A stretch of DNA of 64,000 bases from Rhina ancylostomus (Eukaryota), in NCBI GenBank assembly GCA_030265395.1, contig JARFYF010000094.1:20021526-20085525 (forward strand), given 5' to 3'. Below are positions 53,200 to 64,000 of this stretch, one piece after another. Numbering within the stretch: position 1 is the first letter of the stretch; every line of letters begins with the position of its first letter. The notes under the pieces are model-generated. The model worked only from the letters and a program-made list of their open reading frames with translations. It made no database searches and was not told the DNA's origin. A program made the position numbers and the translations under genes.

Positions 53200-53490
53200 G
53201 TGGCAGCATGACAACAATATTAGTTCCAGTTCCCCTCTCCTTATTCCCCTGCAACTTATTCTTGTTCACACATGCACATCCATGCCCATCAACTCTTCAT
53301 GGATTTTATTTTTGCCATTAACCCACACTTAGGGGTAATTTACAGAAGACAATTAACCTAACGAGCACATTTTTGACATGCAGAAGTAAATCAGTGCACC
53401 CAGAGGAAACCCACGTGGTGATGGAGAGAATGTGCAAACTCGGCCCAGTTCCTCAGGTCATGACCAAACCAAGGTCCCTGGAGCTGTGAC
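53200..53490 (-). mobile_element. HE1-like SINE, head interrupted by a palindromic element
   Basis: ggggtaatttacag...caattaaccta...gcacccagaggaaacccac...ggagagaatgtgcaaactc...ggtccctggagctgtga. Confidence 0.75.
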
Positions 53491-53496
53491 TCTCTG

Positions 53497-53737
53497 GAGC
53501 AACACACACAGAATGCTGGAGGAACTCAGCAGGCCAGGCAGCATCTATGGAGGAAAATGAACAGTCCACGTTTCAGGCCGAGACTCTCCATCAATCCTAA
53601 TGAAGGGTCTCAGCCCGAAACAGTGACTGTTTATTTCCCTCCATAGATGCTGCCTGACCTGCTGAGTTCCTCCAGCATTTTATGCGCATTGCTCCAGATT
53701 TCCAGCACCCACAGTCTCTCTTGTGTTTCCATTTTGT
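53497..53737 (+). mobile_element. Palindromic Penelope-derived element with 12-bp TSD
   Basis: Two ~100-bp inverted arms meeting at about 53595, plus a single-copy 3' tail; tgtgactctctg at both 53485-53496 and 53738-53749. Confidence 0.9.
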
Positions 53738-54239
53738 TGTGACTCTCTGTATCACTTTCTGAGTATTTTGCTCTGCTTAATCACTCTATTTCTTCTTTTT
53801 ATTAACATGGCATCTTTTTCTCTTTCCCTTGCTTTAGCTTTTTGATATACTTCACAGATCCTTTCGTGTAGAAGTTGGGCTAGAATTGTGCCATAAACAG
53901 GGCCAAATGGGCCATCTGGAAGCCTGTGGGAAATCTAGAGGTAAGTGCTGTTTGTCTGTCAGTGATATTTTAATCAAATCACTGTATTACCAAATAATTT
54001 CCTAATTTCTCATCACATTAGCAACTGGTGAAGTGTTGACAACTTGCATTATGTGATTTCAACACCACTGTTTAAAGGGAAACTCCAATATGCAATTGGA
54101 AGCAGTTGGAAGTGGGAAGAAGGGATAAAAAAAATCAGCCAATGAAAGGTAGAAGGTCAAAGGCTGCATGCTTCCTCTGCCACATGTCCCTTGATGTGAT
54201 GCAGGGGACTATGAGGATCCAGAGAGAGATCCCTTCACA

Positions 54240-55200
54240 AGCAATGAGCAGAAGAGTTTACCTGGAGATGCCAAGAAGGGAGAATTAATGGTGCTACAAG
54301 AAGTCAGCAGCAGTAAGATACATGCTCCTGGATATAATGCTCATGAGAACAGTGGTGTATTCACCTACTTCCTATTATCATTCCAACTTTCACCCTCACT
54401 GTACTTCAGCGTATCACTATTACAAGAAGGTAAACCCATTCCTTCCAATCCATACATTTGTCCCCTATCGCCATCAAGCTCATTCTTATCCAATGCTATT
54501 CCCTTTTCCTTGTAAGCATTCTCAGCATCAAATGCTCTGCATACTTCCATTATAGTCATCCCCTACCTATTAGGACAAAGCTGGCAGGCAGAGGGAAGAG
54601 GACCTCCGACCATTTCATAGCTAACAAATGTAGAATAACAGGGTCTGAAAATGAGTGGAGTCTCAGCATGCCTGGTAATGAGGGGTTCCCAGATACCCAG
54701 GCACAAAATTAAATATCAGAATGCCACATGGCATTCAAAACTATTTCACCCTGACTTAATGTCAACAATAATTGAAATAAGATAATGTGCACAATGATAA
54801 CATTATACATTCTTACCTAATGTATTCACTCTTCTTCTTACACAGTGTATTCATGCATCTTGAGGGAGTTGACTAAGTAACTGGTAATGACTTCTTGGAG
54901 GAGATGAATCTCTCTGGAGTTGTACTTCCATGCACAGCTTAGATACTCAGACTCCGCTGAGGGAGATGGTTGAATCTGGCATAGTGACTCATACTAGCCT
55001 AGACTAAATAGTGGAGAAAGACATTGGACGGTCCAGAGAACTACAAGCTGTGCTCTCCTTATACCTGTTCTACCCATACCATTAGTCTCACTCATGGTTC
55101 TCTTTTTTCCCTCCTTGCAGAAGGGACCACAGGCACAGGAGAGGCACAGAGAGCCATGGAGGTCCACAATGCTGTACCTCAGGCCCCAAAGACAAGAATT
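54240..55200 (+). pseudogene. Heavily decayed PIF/Harbinger transposase
   Basis: Motifs in the expected order: SRRVYLEM, GFPDTQA...CHMAFK...*LNVNI (compare GFP.VQG.IDCTHVAIK...SLNVQ), *LLGGD, IVEKDIG. Confidence 0.5.
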
Positions 55201-55699
55201 ATCCTGGGGCAGTGGCATAGAATGAACAATATTTGGCAGGCATTCCTGTTATGATGCCTTCTTCATTGGAGCATCAAATGTGTCAACCACAGGAGAGTGT
55301 GGCGTCTTTTATTAATGGATCACTATGAACACCTGTTTGTATAGAATGCGCGGAACTACTAATCCAGGACAATCAAATAATGGCAGGAAAGCTGTAGGCT
55401 CCAAAACCATGAAGGTGTTCTTCTAGAGTATTTCAGGTGTTGAAGCACAGAGCTGAGCTGCCTTGATCCAACTTAGCTCTAAGCACAAGCTGTTGCACCT
55501 TATTGAAGTGCTCAGAAGAGTTAACTTTGCAATTGTAGAATGGGACACATGTGGGTGTGTTGAACATTGATATGACATCAAGTTTCTGTTTTATATAGAG
55601 TTACAAAATTCTTCACTGCTACTTTCAGTTTTAGGATGACTCATCCATACTGAGCAATGGAAGTTGCTGGTTGCAGGATTGCTCTGTGTTAGCAGGAGA

Positions 55700-56260
55700 G
55701 GAAAAGCAATATTGGTGGAGAGTCTAACATCTGTGAACCTAGCCACCACTGACAGGCCTCATGTGATACCTTTGCAATGTTCTTGCATTTTGCAGCTCCT
55801 TTCCCTTCAGCCTCATCTTCCTTCTGGGGTGGCTCCAGGCGATGCCTTCTCCCTCCTGTAGATCTAACTACTTGCTGTTGCACAATGTTTTGCAGAGCAC
55901 AGCACCTCCAACCAGTCCTGTGCCTCTAAATCTGTCCAGGTATTTGAATCACATATTTTGCATGCCATTGAATTGCTTGAAAACACATCTGGTGATGGTA
56001 TGGTATTCATTTTACAGCTTGTGGGCCTCATTCCTCGGGTTTCTGAAAGATGCCATCAGGCACTTTTTAAGTGGCTGTCCTTTTCTCCAAGGGGCTGGCC
56101 AGCAACTTTGCTTTCAGGTGCAAGTAGATGGGGGAAGGTAACTGCTACAGGTCAGAGGCATCATGCCAGCTGCTTGGCAATCTTGCACACACCTACAGAA
56201 ATGATCTTTTGTAATTGTACTCCAACTGCACAATGATGGACTGTGTCATTTTGAAAAGCA
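55700..56260 (-). pseudogene. PIF/Harbinger (HARBI1-like, DDE) transposase C-terminal remnant
   Basis: Minus strand: QSIIVQLEYNYKRSFL*VCARLPSSWHDA ... GQPLGEK/QPLKKCLMASFRNPRNEAHKL*NEYHTITRCVFKQFNGMQNM*FKYLDRFRG ... CCALQNIVQQ, collinear with the HARBI1-family consensus. Confidence 0.8.
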
Positions 56261-56460
56261 ACACTATATATTTTCCTCTACACAGAAACCACCAATAGAG
56301 CACACTGCACTGGCCAGATACCAGAAGAAAGCAAATCCCCATCCTGAAAGCTGCAAGACTGTGTGGCAGCTGTCAATGAGGTGAACAGCAAGTGGTGTTC
56401 TTTCACGATGGACAAAAATACAAACTATTGGCCTACAAATTTGCATGTGCCATCTTACAG

Positions 56461-56925
56461 AAATAAAAGAGAAACAAGGGACTGCAGATGCTGGAATCTA
56501 GATGAAAAACATGATGATGCTGGAGGAACTCAGCAGGCCAGGCAGCATCTGTGGAGAAAANNNNNNNNNNNNNNNNNNNNNNNNNNNNNNNNNNNNNNNN
56601 NNNNNNNNNNNNNNNNNNNNNNNNNNNNNNNNNNNNNNNNNNNNNNNNNNNNNNNNNNNNNNNNNNNNNNNNNNNNNNNNNNNNNNNNNNNNNNNNNNNN
56701 NNNNNNNNNNNNNNNNNNNNNNNNNNNNNNNNNNNNNNNNNNNNNNNNNNNNNNNNNNNNNNNNNNNNNNNNNNNNNNNNNNNNNNNNNNNNNNNNNNNN
56801 NNNNNNNNNNNNNNNNNNNNNNNNNNNNNNNNNNNNNNNNNNNNNNNNNNNNNNNNNNNNNNNNNNNNNNNNNNNAGTACCTAAAGTGGGAGAATTCAAT
56901 ATTCACACCATTAGGCTGCAAAGTC
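56461..56925 (-). mobile_element. Penelope-like pLTR spanning a sized gap
   Basis: ORF end LQPNGVNIEFSHFRY (56921-56876) right of the gap and pLTR tail (actgcagatgctggaatc...gctggaggaactcagcaggccaggcagcatctgtggag) left of it. Confidence 0.8.
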
Positions 56926-57299
56926 TCTTACAGAAGTAAAACATTGTTGCATATCTCCTATTTTATGTTCAAATGTGACAGCTGAGCAGGCACATGCATG
57001 AGTTTCCATTTAAGCGTTCATGAGGTGAGAGAGGACAGATGTGTTGGAGCGTAGCCTATCCAGACATTGCTCCACCAAGAAGAGCAGATAGAGTGTGGCT
57101 CTTTGGTAAGGCTGGAAGGATAAGGGTTAGCATGCTGAATCCTTGCTTGCTTCCTGTAGCACGGTTCATGTAGGTGGCTGTGGTGCCTGGCATGTATGCC
57201 TGAGTCATCCAGGAAGAGGGGTGTGATCTGTACAAATGGGGATAGGAAGGCAGGTTGCTTGAGGATGCCTTTGGTGTGAGCTGTGTTCTTTTCCTTCTC

Positions 57300-57935
57300 A
57301 GGCTGTCCCCCAGGATTGAAGAAGACTTGCTTGCACTCCAGTTCTTTTGGCCCTGAGGTGACTGAAGAGTCCAATATGGAGTCCTGCAGATTCTACCACA
57401 GATGGGGCAGGAGGTGCCTGATGGAACAGATGGATGGGTGGCTTGTGAGGTGAAGTAGATGGGTGGGTTGTTTTTGAGGTGTACTAATTTGATCGCACAT
57501 TTAAGCTAGGCCCCCCAACATGTGGATTTGAGCTTCTCAATATCATCGCAAATGCAACTTCTCCACTTTGAACAGTCATGGGCCAAGGTTCCAAAGGATT
57601 TCCACCTTTTCAGTGAGGTTTTAAGAACATCCTTGAACCTTAACCATATGTTCATTTGGTAATCTCTTCCCATGACATAGCTCACAGTGACAGGTCTAAT
57701 TTGGGAGTCTGGTGTAGGGCATGCAAATGACTTGGCCTGCCCTTTGGAATTGGAATGTAATTAGAGCAGCAGTCCCGTGGATGTTGGCTGGGGAAATGAC
57801 ATGGAATCTAGTTCATTGGATTTGGAGGATTTTGGGGATGCAAAGTTGGTGGTATCTCTCCAGTGCTTTAAAGAGCCTAGCCACCTGCTACAGGTAGTCT
57901 AAGTCTCAGAAAGGCATAGGAAAACTGGGATTAGT
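57300..57935 (-). mobile_element. RTE-clade LINE 3' fragment
   Basis: Minus strand: SET*TT.S, AGQVICMPYTRLP, ELCHGKRLP, FKDVLKTSLK, matching the RTE C-terminal consensus (WAGHV.RMPD.RLPK...EL..GKR..G..KRFKD.LK). Confidence 0.75.
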
Positions 57936-58444
57936 TTTATGAGAAGAAGGTGGCAGCTTTGTATGTGGATATAATATGATTGGCCCTTTAAATAAAATTT
58001 TGAGCCTTCAGCATGAGTTAATTCTTATTTGAATAAAGAGAGACTGTGGTTTTTCAGACCAATGTGGATTANNNNNNNNNNNNNNNNNNNNNNNNNNNNN
58101 NNNNNNNNNNNNNNNNNNNNNNNNNNNNNNNNNNNNNNNNNNNNNNNNNNNNNNNNNNNNNNNNNNNNNNNTAAAATCCAACTGATGACGCGCTTTGGAT
58201 ATTGCATAATGTTTCACATCGTTTGGGTGAGGTTGATACTGGAAAAGTAGTGCTGGTGAATGAGAAAATCTTAGCCAAATGTGAGTAGAACCTAGAAATA
58301 TGCACAGTCTTGCACCGCACTGGATTGGTGCATTTTCAGCAGAGCAAAACTATTTTTTGGCCTTGTGCAGATGAATTTCTCAACCTCAATGTACTAATTC
58401 TGTTGCACAAGAAATGTTACAGATATCTTTCTCCCTTTAAACCT

Positions 58445-58560
58445 ATTTTCATCCACAGTACAATAGTGACTGCTTTTCAAGCGTACTTCATTGGCTGTGA
58501 AGTGTTTGGAGACATTCTGAGATTATGAAAGGAGTTTTTGAAATGCAAATCTTTCTTTCA
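58445..58560 (+). mobile_element. L2-type / Deu-SINE 3' tail
   Basis: acaatagtgactgcttttcaagcgtacttcattggctgtgaagtgtttggagacattctgag...gaaagg...aaatgcaaatctttcttt. Confidence 0.65.
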
Positions 58561-59145
58561 TTTTCACTTTTGAATAAATTGCAAGTTTGTACTGTTTTGG
58601 TCAGTCATGATTGTGATGTCATTACAACATGGCCCAGTCTATTCAGGAAATACTGGAAACAAATACTTATGCTGTTGAGATCTGTATTGTCTGTTGTTAA
58701 TTCTGTTATTCAGCTTTGGTTATTATAATTGGGTTCCTGCCCATATCTATCCTTTGTTAATGCAAATAGAACTTCTTTCATAGACTCCTCCATATCAATG
58801 CCATTGCTTACATGGCTTTTGTTTTTAATAATTTCCTGTTCTTCTCTAGGTTTCCTGCTATGAGCCTCAATCAACCAAAAACAGGCTCTGATATATTTTG
58901 TTTCTAACTGTTGGCTTTGTGACACTACCATGTACTTAGTGATTTTCCTTCTTTGTATCTTCAAGACATAAATGCACTGTTCTTCCAGCAGCCACAGAAA
59001 ATCAAGTTTCAGAAGTCACAAATGAACCTGACACATGACAGCAATTAGGTGAAATCATTGTTTGCACCACTTCTTGATGTTATCTGGAGTGATTTTCTGA
59101 TTGAATCAAATGCCAGTGGAAGATCTGAAGCCTTCCTTAAGAGTG

Positions 59146-59376
59146 GAGGCACAAGAGACTGCAGATGCTGGAATCTGGGGCAACACAAAAAGCACTGGAG
59201 GAACTCAGCAGGTCAGGCAGCATCCATGGAGGGAAATGGACAATTGATGTTTTGGGTCGAGACACATGGCTGAAGATGATTCCCAATGGACAGTCTCGAC
59301 CTGAAATTTTGACTGTTCATTTCCCCCGAAGATGCTGCCTGACCCACTGAGTTCCTCCAGTGCCTTTTGTGTTGCT
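59146..59376 (-). mobile_element. Palindromic Penelope-derived element with perfect 15-bp TSD
   Basis: Inverted arms (gcaacacaaaa...ctggaggaactcag..ggtcaggcagcatc / gatgctgcctgaccc.ctgagttcctccag..ttttgtgttgc); ccttccttaagagtg at both 59131-59145 and 59377-59391. Confidence 0.9.
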
Positions 59377-59624
59377 CCTTCCTTAAGAGTGCATTCTTAT
59401 ATGTCATTCAGGTGGGATATGCATTCAGTGTCTGTATTATGCTCTGGTATCTTTTCCATGCACTACTTGGCCACTTTATATTTTAAAGCTATGCAGCATG
59501 TGACAGACATTATTAATCTTGTGGTTTTGAACCATAAGACTCTCAATGGTCTGAATCTGAAGTTTTGCTATAAAGTTCCACTGGTAAAGTTAAAGTATCA
59601 TGGCAGGTGCTTGGGGGAAAAGGG

Positions 59625-59900
59625 ATTGGTTAAATAACTGGGCTGTCAATTTAGATGTCTGGTTTGATGATCCAGAGGCTGGAGTTTAAATCCCACTATG
59701 GCAGCTTGGGAATTTAAATTCCATAACAGTGGCCATAAGATCACCAGATTGGCCCAAAAACTTGTCTGATTCATTAATGTCCTTTAGGGAAGGAAATCTG
59801 CCCCTTTCCCCCGCCTCGCCAACAGCCATGTGGTTGACGTGGCCCAGCAAGCTATTAAGTTCAATGGCAATTAGGAATGGGCAATAAAGACATGTCTTGC
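59625..59900 (+). mobile_element. tRNA-derived SINE of a second family
   Basis: B-box-like gagtttaaatccc, central ctgattcattaatgtcctttagggaaggaaatctgcc, tail ggcaattaggaatgggcaataaa. Confidence 0.6.
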
Positions 59901-62900
59901 AAGCTGTGACTGTTAAACCCTTGTATTTGTAATTAATTATACAGATTTACTGATGTGAACAACGGCTGTTTTCCATATTGCCACATCCTATCCATAAGGC
60001 ATGTCCAGAACTGTAATCTGTCTTAAAGAGGAAGTACACAGAGTATTCTTCAAAAGGATATGTACTAACGTTGCATAACAATAACATATCAACATTGCAA
60101 AATCCCATGAATGAGTGATTTAAAAAAAAACTGGCCAACTCAGGCAGTGTTGGCCATAGACCAGTTGTAACTTGAAATAAAAGTCCATTCTGTATTTATC
60201 AGCCATTGTATTATATCTAAGGAGCCAAATGGGCATGCACATACTATCTGCATTGTTCAATAATCAATAGTATAGAATAATCTGCTGAAACCGGTAAAAA
60301 TATCTATTGACAGGAAAGATGAGAGTCCCAGAACAAAGCATCAGTCACCGTTTTGTTAGATATATGCACAGCAAATTGACTTTGTGCAGATTGTTTCCTC
60401 TGGTAGTCTTGAAGAAAGTAGAAACATAAAAGTCGAAGGTCATAGGCACCTTGTCTATCAGCGATACTGCTGGAAATTCTCTGCATTTTTACACAAGGAA
60501 AATGCAATGCTCTAATTGTGTCACAATGTTGATCCAGATCAAACTCACAGAGAACCCAAATGCGGCACACCAATACACGACTAGAGTCAGGANNNNNNNN
60601 NNNNNNNNNNNNNNNNNNNNNNNNNNNNNNNNNNNNNNNNNNNNNNNNNNNNNNNNNNNNNNNNNNNNNNNNNNNNNNNNNNNNNNNNNNNNTCCAGCAT
60701 GGAATTCATGTGCTGGACAACAAGGCATTAATGGAGCCAAATTGAGGGCCAGAACTCAGAACCATGACAAATTGTTTCTCTACCGTGTGGTTCTGAGCAG
60801 ACAATGCCAAGCAGCTGCAATGGCAGACGTTGCCTACGGTTCCATGTCATATCTCATTGTCCTGTTACATTATATCCAACAGGAGGGAAGCAGTAAGAGC
60901 AATCCTACAGTTTACAAGTCCATGGAGCAAGAATAAGTGGAGAGTGCAACATTTGTGGAATTAGCTCCTGACATGCGAGAACCTGGCTGGCCTATAATGC
61001 TTATTTGAAACTGGCAAGGTTTATACACGACACAACATGCACATTGCAATTGCCTGTGGTATGTATAAGAAGATTTACATTGCTAATGAAGATGTTGCAA
61101 AAGAGTGTGTCGCTAGAAGGGAATCAGGACAAAGTTTTCAAGAGTGGAGCTGAGTAGCAGAATAGAAAGAGAACATATTTCTGAGTAGAAAGAGAACGTA
61201 TTAAAGAATTTATCGTACACATATGCACAATTCCAGACAACGGAAAACCAGCAAGAATTTGCAGAAGACACTGAAGAATTTTCCCCTCAAATATCAGGAT
61301 TGCATGCACTAAAAATCATATTAGCAATTGTTCATTCACATTGTAGTGTACTATTCAAGCTTTAGGTGAATTGCTGGTAAAATAATTGCTGTTCATGTCT
61401 TTATGGGGAGTTTTTTTTGCACATTGCCACATATACTTCTGCTTCAAATTTTTTCCCAAGGAGCCAACAAGTTAATACTTGTGATGAGCATGCTGGTGCC
61501 AAAATGCTCAGTTTTAAAAATTAATATCAGTTCTATGCTTTGTCTTGCCCAACCGTCAAAGTTTCAGGCAAACAAATTGATTTACGTTGACAGCATACAT
61601 TCCCACTCCACACCCGCTTCTCTCCCCCCACCCCCAATCCTGCCATCCCACAACCAAAGCAGGGGGAAAAATAGTTGATTTTAAACCAAAAAGTGTATTG
61701 TGTACATTGTAGATTTTTTTTGTGTCTTTTATTTGATAGAAGTTCTGGCATTGTTTGTTGTTTATTGTTAATGTCCAAGCTAGATGTGCATTTTTTATGC
61801 ATGTTGTCGCAAAGCTTACTGGCAAGCAATAGATGCTTCATTCAGATAAACCATGAGATAATATTTGAAAGAAGGAATTCATAGTTAAATTAAACATTTT
61901 GCATAATATCCTTTTCGAAACGTCAAGAAGAATTGCCAGAGGGAAAGAGCATGAACACTCCTGATCACTTGTTACTTTGGATTTTAAATTACAGCACTGA
62001 GTCACCAGTTTGACATTCCAAAGCAAATTCAGCCAGATTAATGAGATCAATGAATAATCAAGTAAAATTTTTACAAAGACAATTATGCAAATGTATAAAG
62101 TTTACTGCCTTTTGCAGTCAATTGAATTAACCAGAGTTACATGGATATGTATGATCATATTCCTTAAGAGATCATTCAGTTTTATTTAGTGCAAATAACT
62201 AAAACATGTTTTTCCTCAAAACAGATAGAAAACCAGGGTTTGAAAGCTAGTGTATTAATCATATTCTAAAACATAAACTAAATTTACTAATGTGAAAATA
62301 ATGTCAATTTTCTTAAAATTATTTCAAAAACTTTGTTTATTTTCAAAAGCATAAAATAATTTTTGAATATTGACATTGGGACATTGCATTGCTATCAGAT
62401 GGTACAGTGGGCATTGAAATTTTACTGTAGCCATTTTTATAGAGAATGGTGCTGGCAGGTACACAATCCCTTTGGATAAAGACTGGCTGATCCAATGGAT
62501 GAAAATGAGTGGGAGTAATTCATACTAGGTCACCAGCACCAAACCCAGGCAGGAGATGTATACCACTGGTTGTACACATTATTCAATATTCAGTTCTTTT
62601 GGAGCCACTGCATGTGTGTGGGGTAAGTACAATCAGTGGGAATTATTTTCACACACTTTCAGTGCTAGCAATCAGAGACAAACTTCTCTTTTAATATGCC
62701 ATCATTATTCCCTTTAACTGGGTTCACAAAGCCTGCCCTTTATATTGATGACTAACATACTTTATTTCAATACAATATCTTGACCAAAAGCCTGCCAAAG
62801 ACAGAAATTTACCTAAGTATATGATTAACCTATTAAAATAACTGGTTGCATTTATTAAGTTGCAGAGATAAAAATGACCACTTCAATTTGTTTTGAGATT

Positions 62901-64000
62901 TAAGCAGTAATCCTGTCCTTTTTCGGTTGTAATGAGATAAGATTTGAAAAATTAAAATAAATGTCTCCTAAGCACTCCTTTGATGGGAGTTGTGCAAGTT
63001 TTCAGTAATACATTTAGAAGGGAAGTTTCTTCCAGCAGAGGCTTCAGGCTCAGTATTGGGGTTTGTATTGTTAATCTTCTTAGGGTGATAAGTGACAGTG
63101 GTTTGTTCATTGGATTCTTTGCCTTTCTAAACTCCAGCAAGCACAGCCATTGACTTGGATGTTTGCCATCACAAATAGTGCTTGCATGAAAGAAATGTGA
63201 CTTTTTTTTGTCATTGTCGCCTTACAAATGGCTTGATTTGGGATGCCATTTCCTTTCACACATAAATACTTACGAAGGATCTCCAGCTATCTTTGTGGCA
63301 AACCCTGACAAACTCTGTCACTTTGACCTAATCTGGTTTTCTGCGCAGCTGTGTTGAAAGTCACTTTCGGTTTTATCACATTTTAATGCAAACAAGGCCG
63401 GAAGGGTTACTTGTTTGGCTTAAAGAAGCTGTGACAGTTTGTGTGAATGACTGCGCCCGTAACTGTGCAGAAAAATGTGATGGGAAGCTTTATCACTGCT
63501 GTGTGCATGACAATTTGAAAATTATTGCTTCATTCAGGAGCGATTTTCTCTCACTGGGGCTACCACAAACATAGTCTCCTCTGACCAGCAAAAGAGTGCC
63601 CTGAATAATTTACCAAAGAAAGATATTTAATTCTTTTGTCTGTGTTTAACCCTATTCTCCATGATGTAGTCTCAAACAGAAAGTGAAAAATGCTGAAATG
63701 AACAGAATTAACTTGATGTAAATTTATTGAAGAAGAAATCCAGAGTCTTAAAAATAACTGCACAAAGATAACATCAAACACAAATGTTTTGCAGTGAAAA
63801 ATGAATGTCTCATCTGACATTAGGAATTTGATAGCAACTAGATAATGTTCCTGGAGCAATACATTGCTGCCATTCCATTGTCTAAAATCAATTGCTCCAG
63901 GACCAAACTTAAATTAAAAGCCAGGGCAATTGTATCTGTTTCAGCTTCAAGTCAGCAAAATAAAAGATTCTAAAATCATGACAATCACAAGAAAATAATT

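Noticed and set aside
53497-53737. Pre-miRNA or DNA-transposon MITE interpretation of the palindromes
   Set aside because: Arms match Penelope pLTR tails elsewhere in the window, one end carries an unpaired tail, and TSD lengths differ (12 vs 15 bp), unlike the fixed TSDs of cut-and-paste elements.
56363-56985. ORFs of 130-170 aa here and around other N runs
   Set aside because: Their length comes from translating assembly gaps as X.
58062-58180. TA on both sides of a 100-N gap as a Tc1/mariner target duplication
   Set aside because: Two bases are too little evidence in AT-rich DNA, and no TIR sequence is visible.
1-64000. Prokaryotic or viral systems (CRISPR arrays, operons, defence islands, endogenous non-retroviral virus genes)
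   Set aside because: No regularly spaced repeat-spacer array, no long ORFs and no gene-dense organisation; content is typical vertebrate repeat-rich DNA.

Overview
AT-rich, repeat-dense vertebrate genomic DNA from a gapped draft assembly (10-N, 100-N and sized gaps). The repeat set (HE1/V-type SINEs, Deu-domain SINE pieces, many CR1 LINEs, Penelope-like elements) points to a cartilaginous fish (shark or ray); this is an inference. I recognise no intact host protein-coding exon, so the window reads as intron or intergenic DNA, and nearly all ORFs in the track are transposon debris or chance. Recognisable content: several CR1 LINEs (one keeps ORF1, endonuclease and 3' end but lacks RT), Rex1/Babar, L2 and RTE LINE 3' fragments, and Penelope-like elements (GIY-YIG and RT remnants) whose terminal repeats carry decayed minimal hammerhead-ribozyme motifs. 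It also holds short palindromic Penelope-derived insertions with 12- and 15-bp target-site duplications, an IR/DR Tc1 remnant with an internal inversion, two convergent PIF/Harbinger transposase remnants, and a Gypsy-type LTR element with a tRNA-Trp primer-binding site whose interior lies in a gap. A few repeat-free, motif-rich stretches are candidate conserved enhancers. All family calls come from recalled motifs, not database searches, and boundaries of decayed repeats are approximate.
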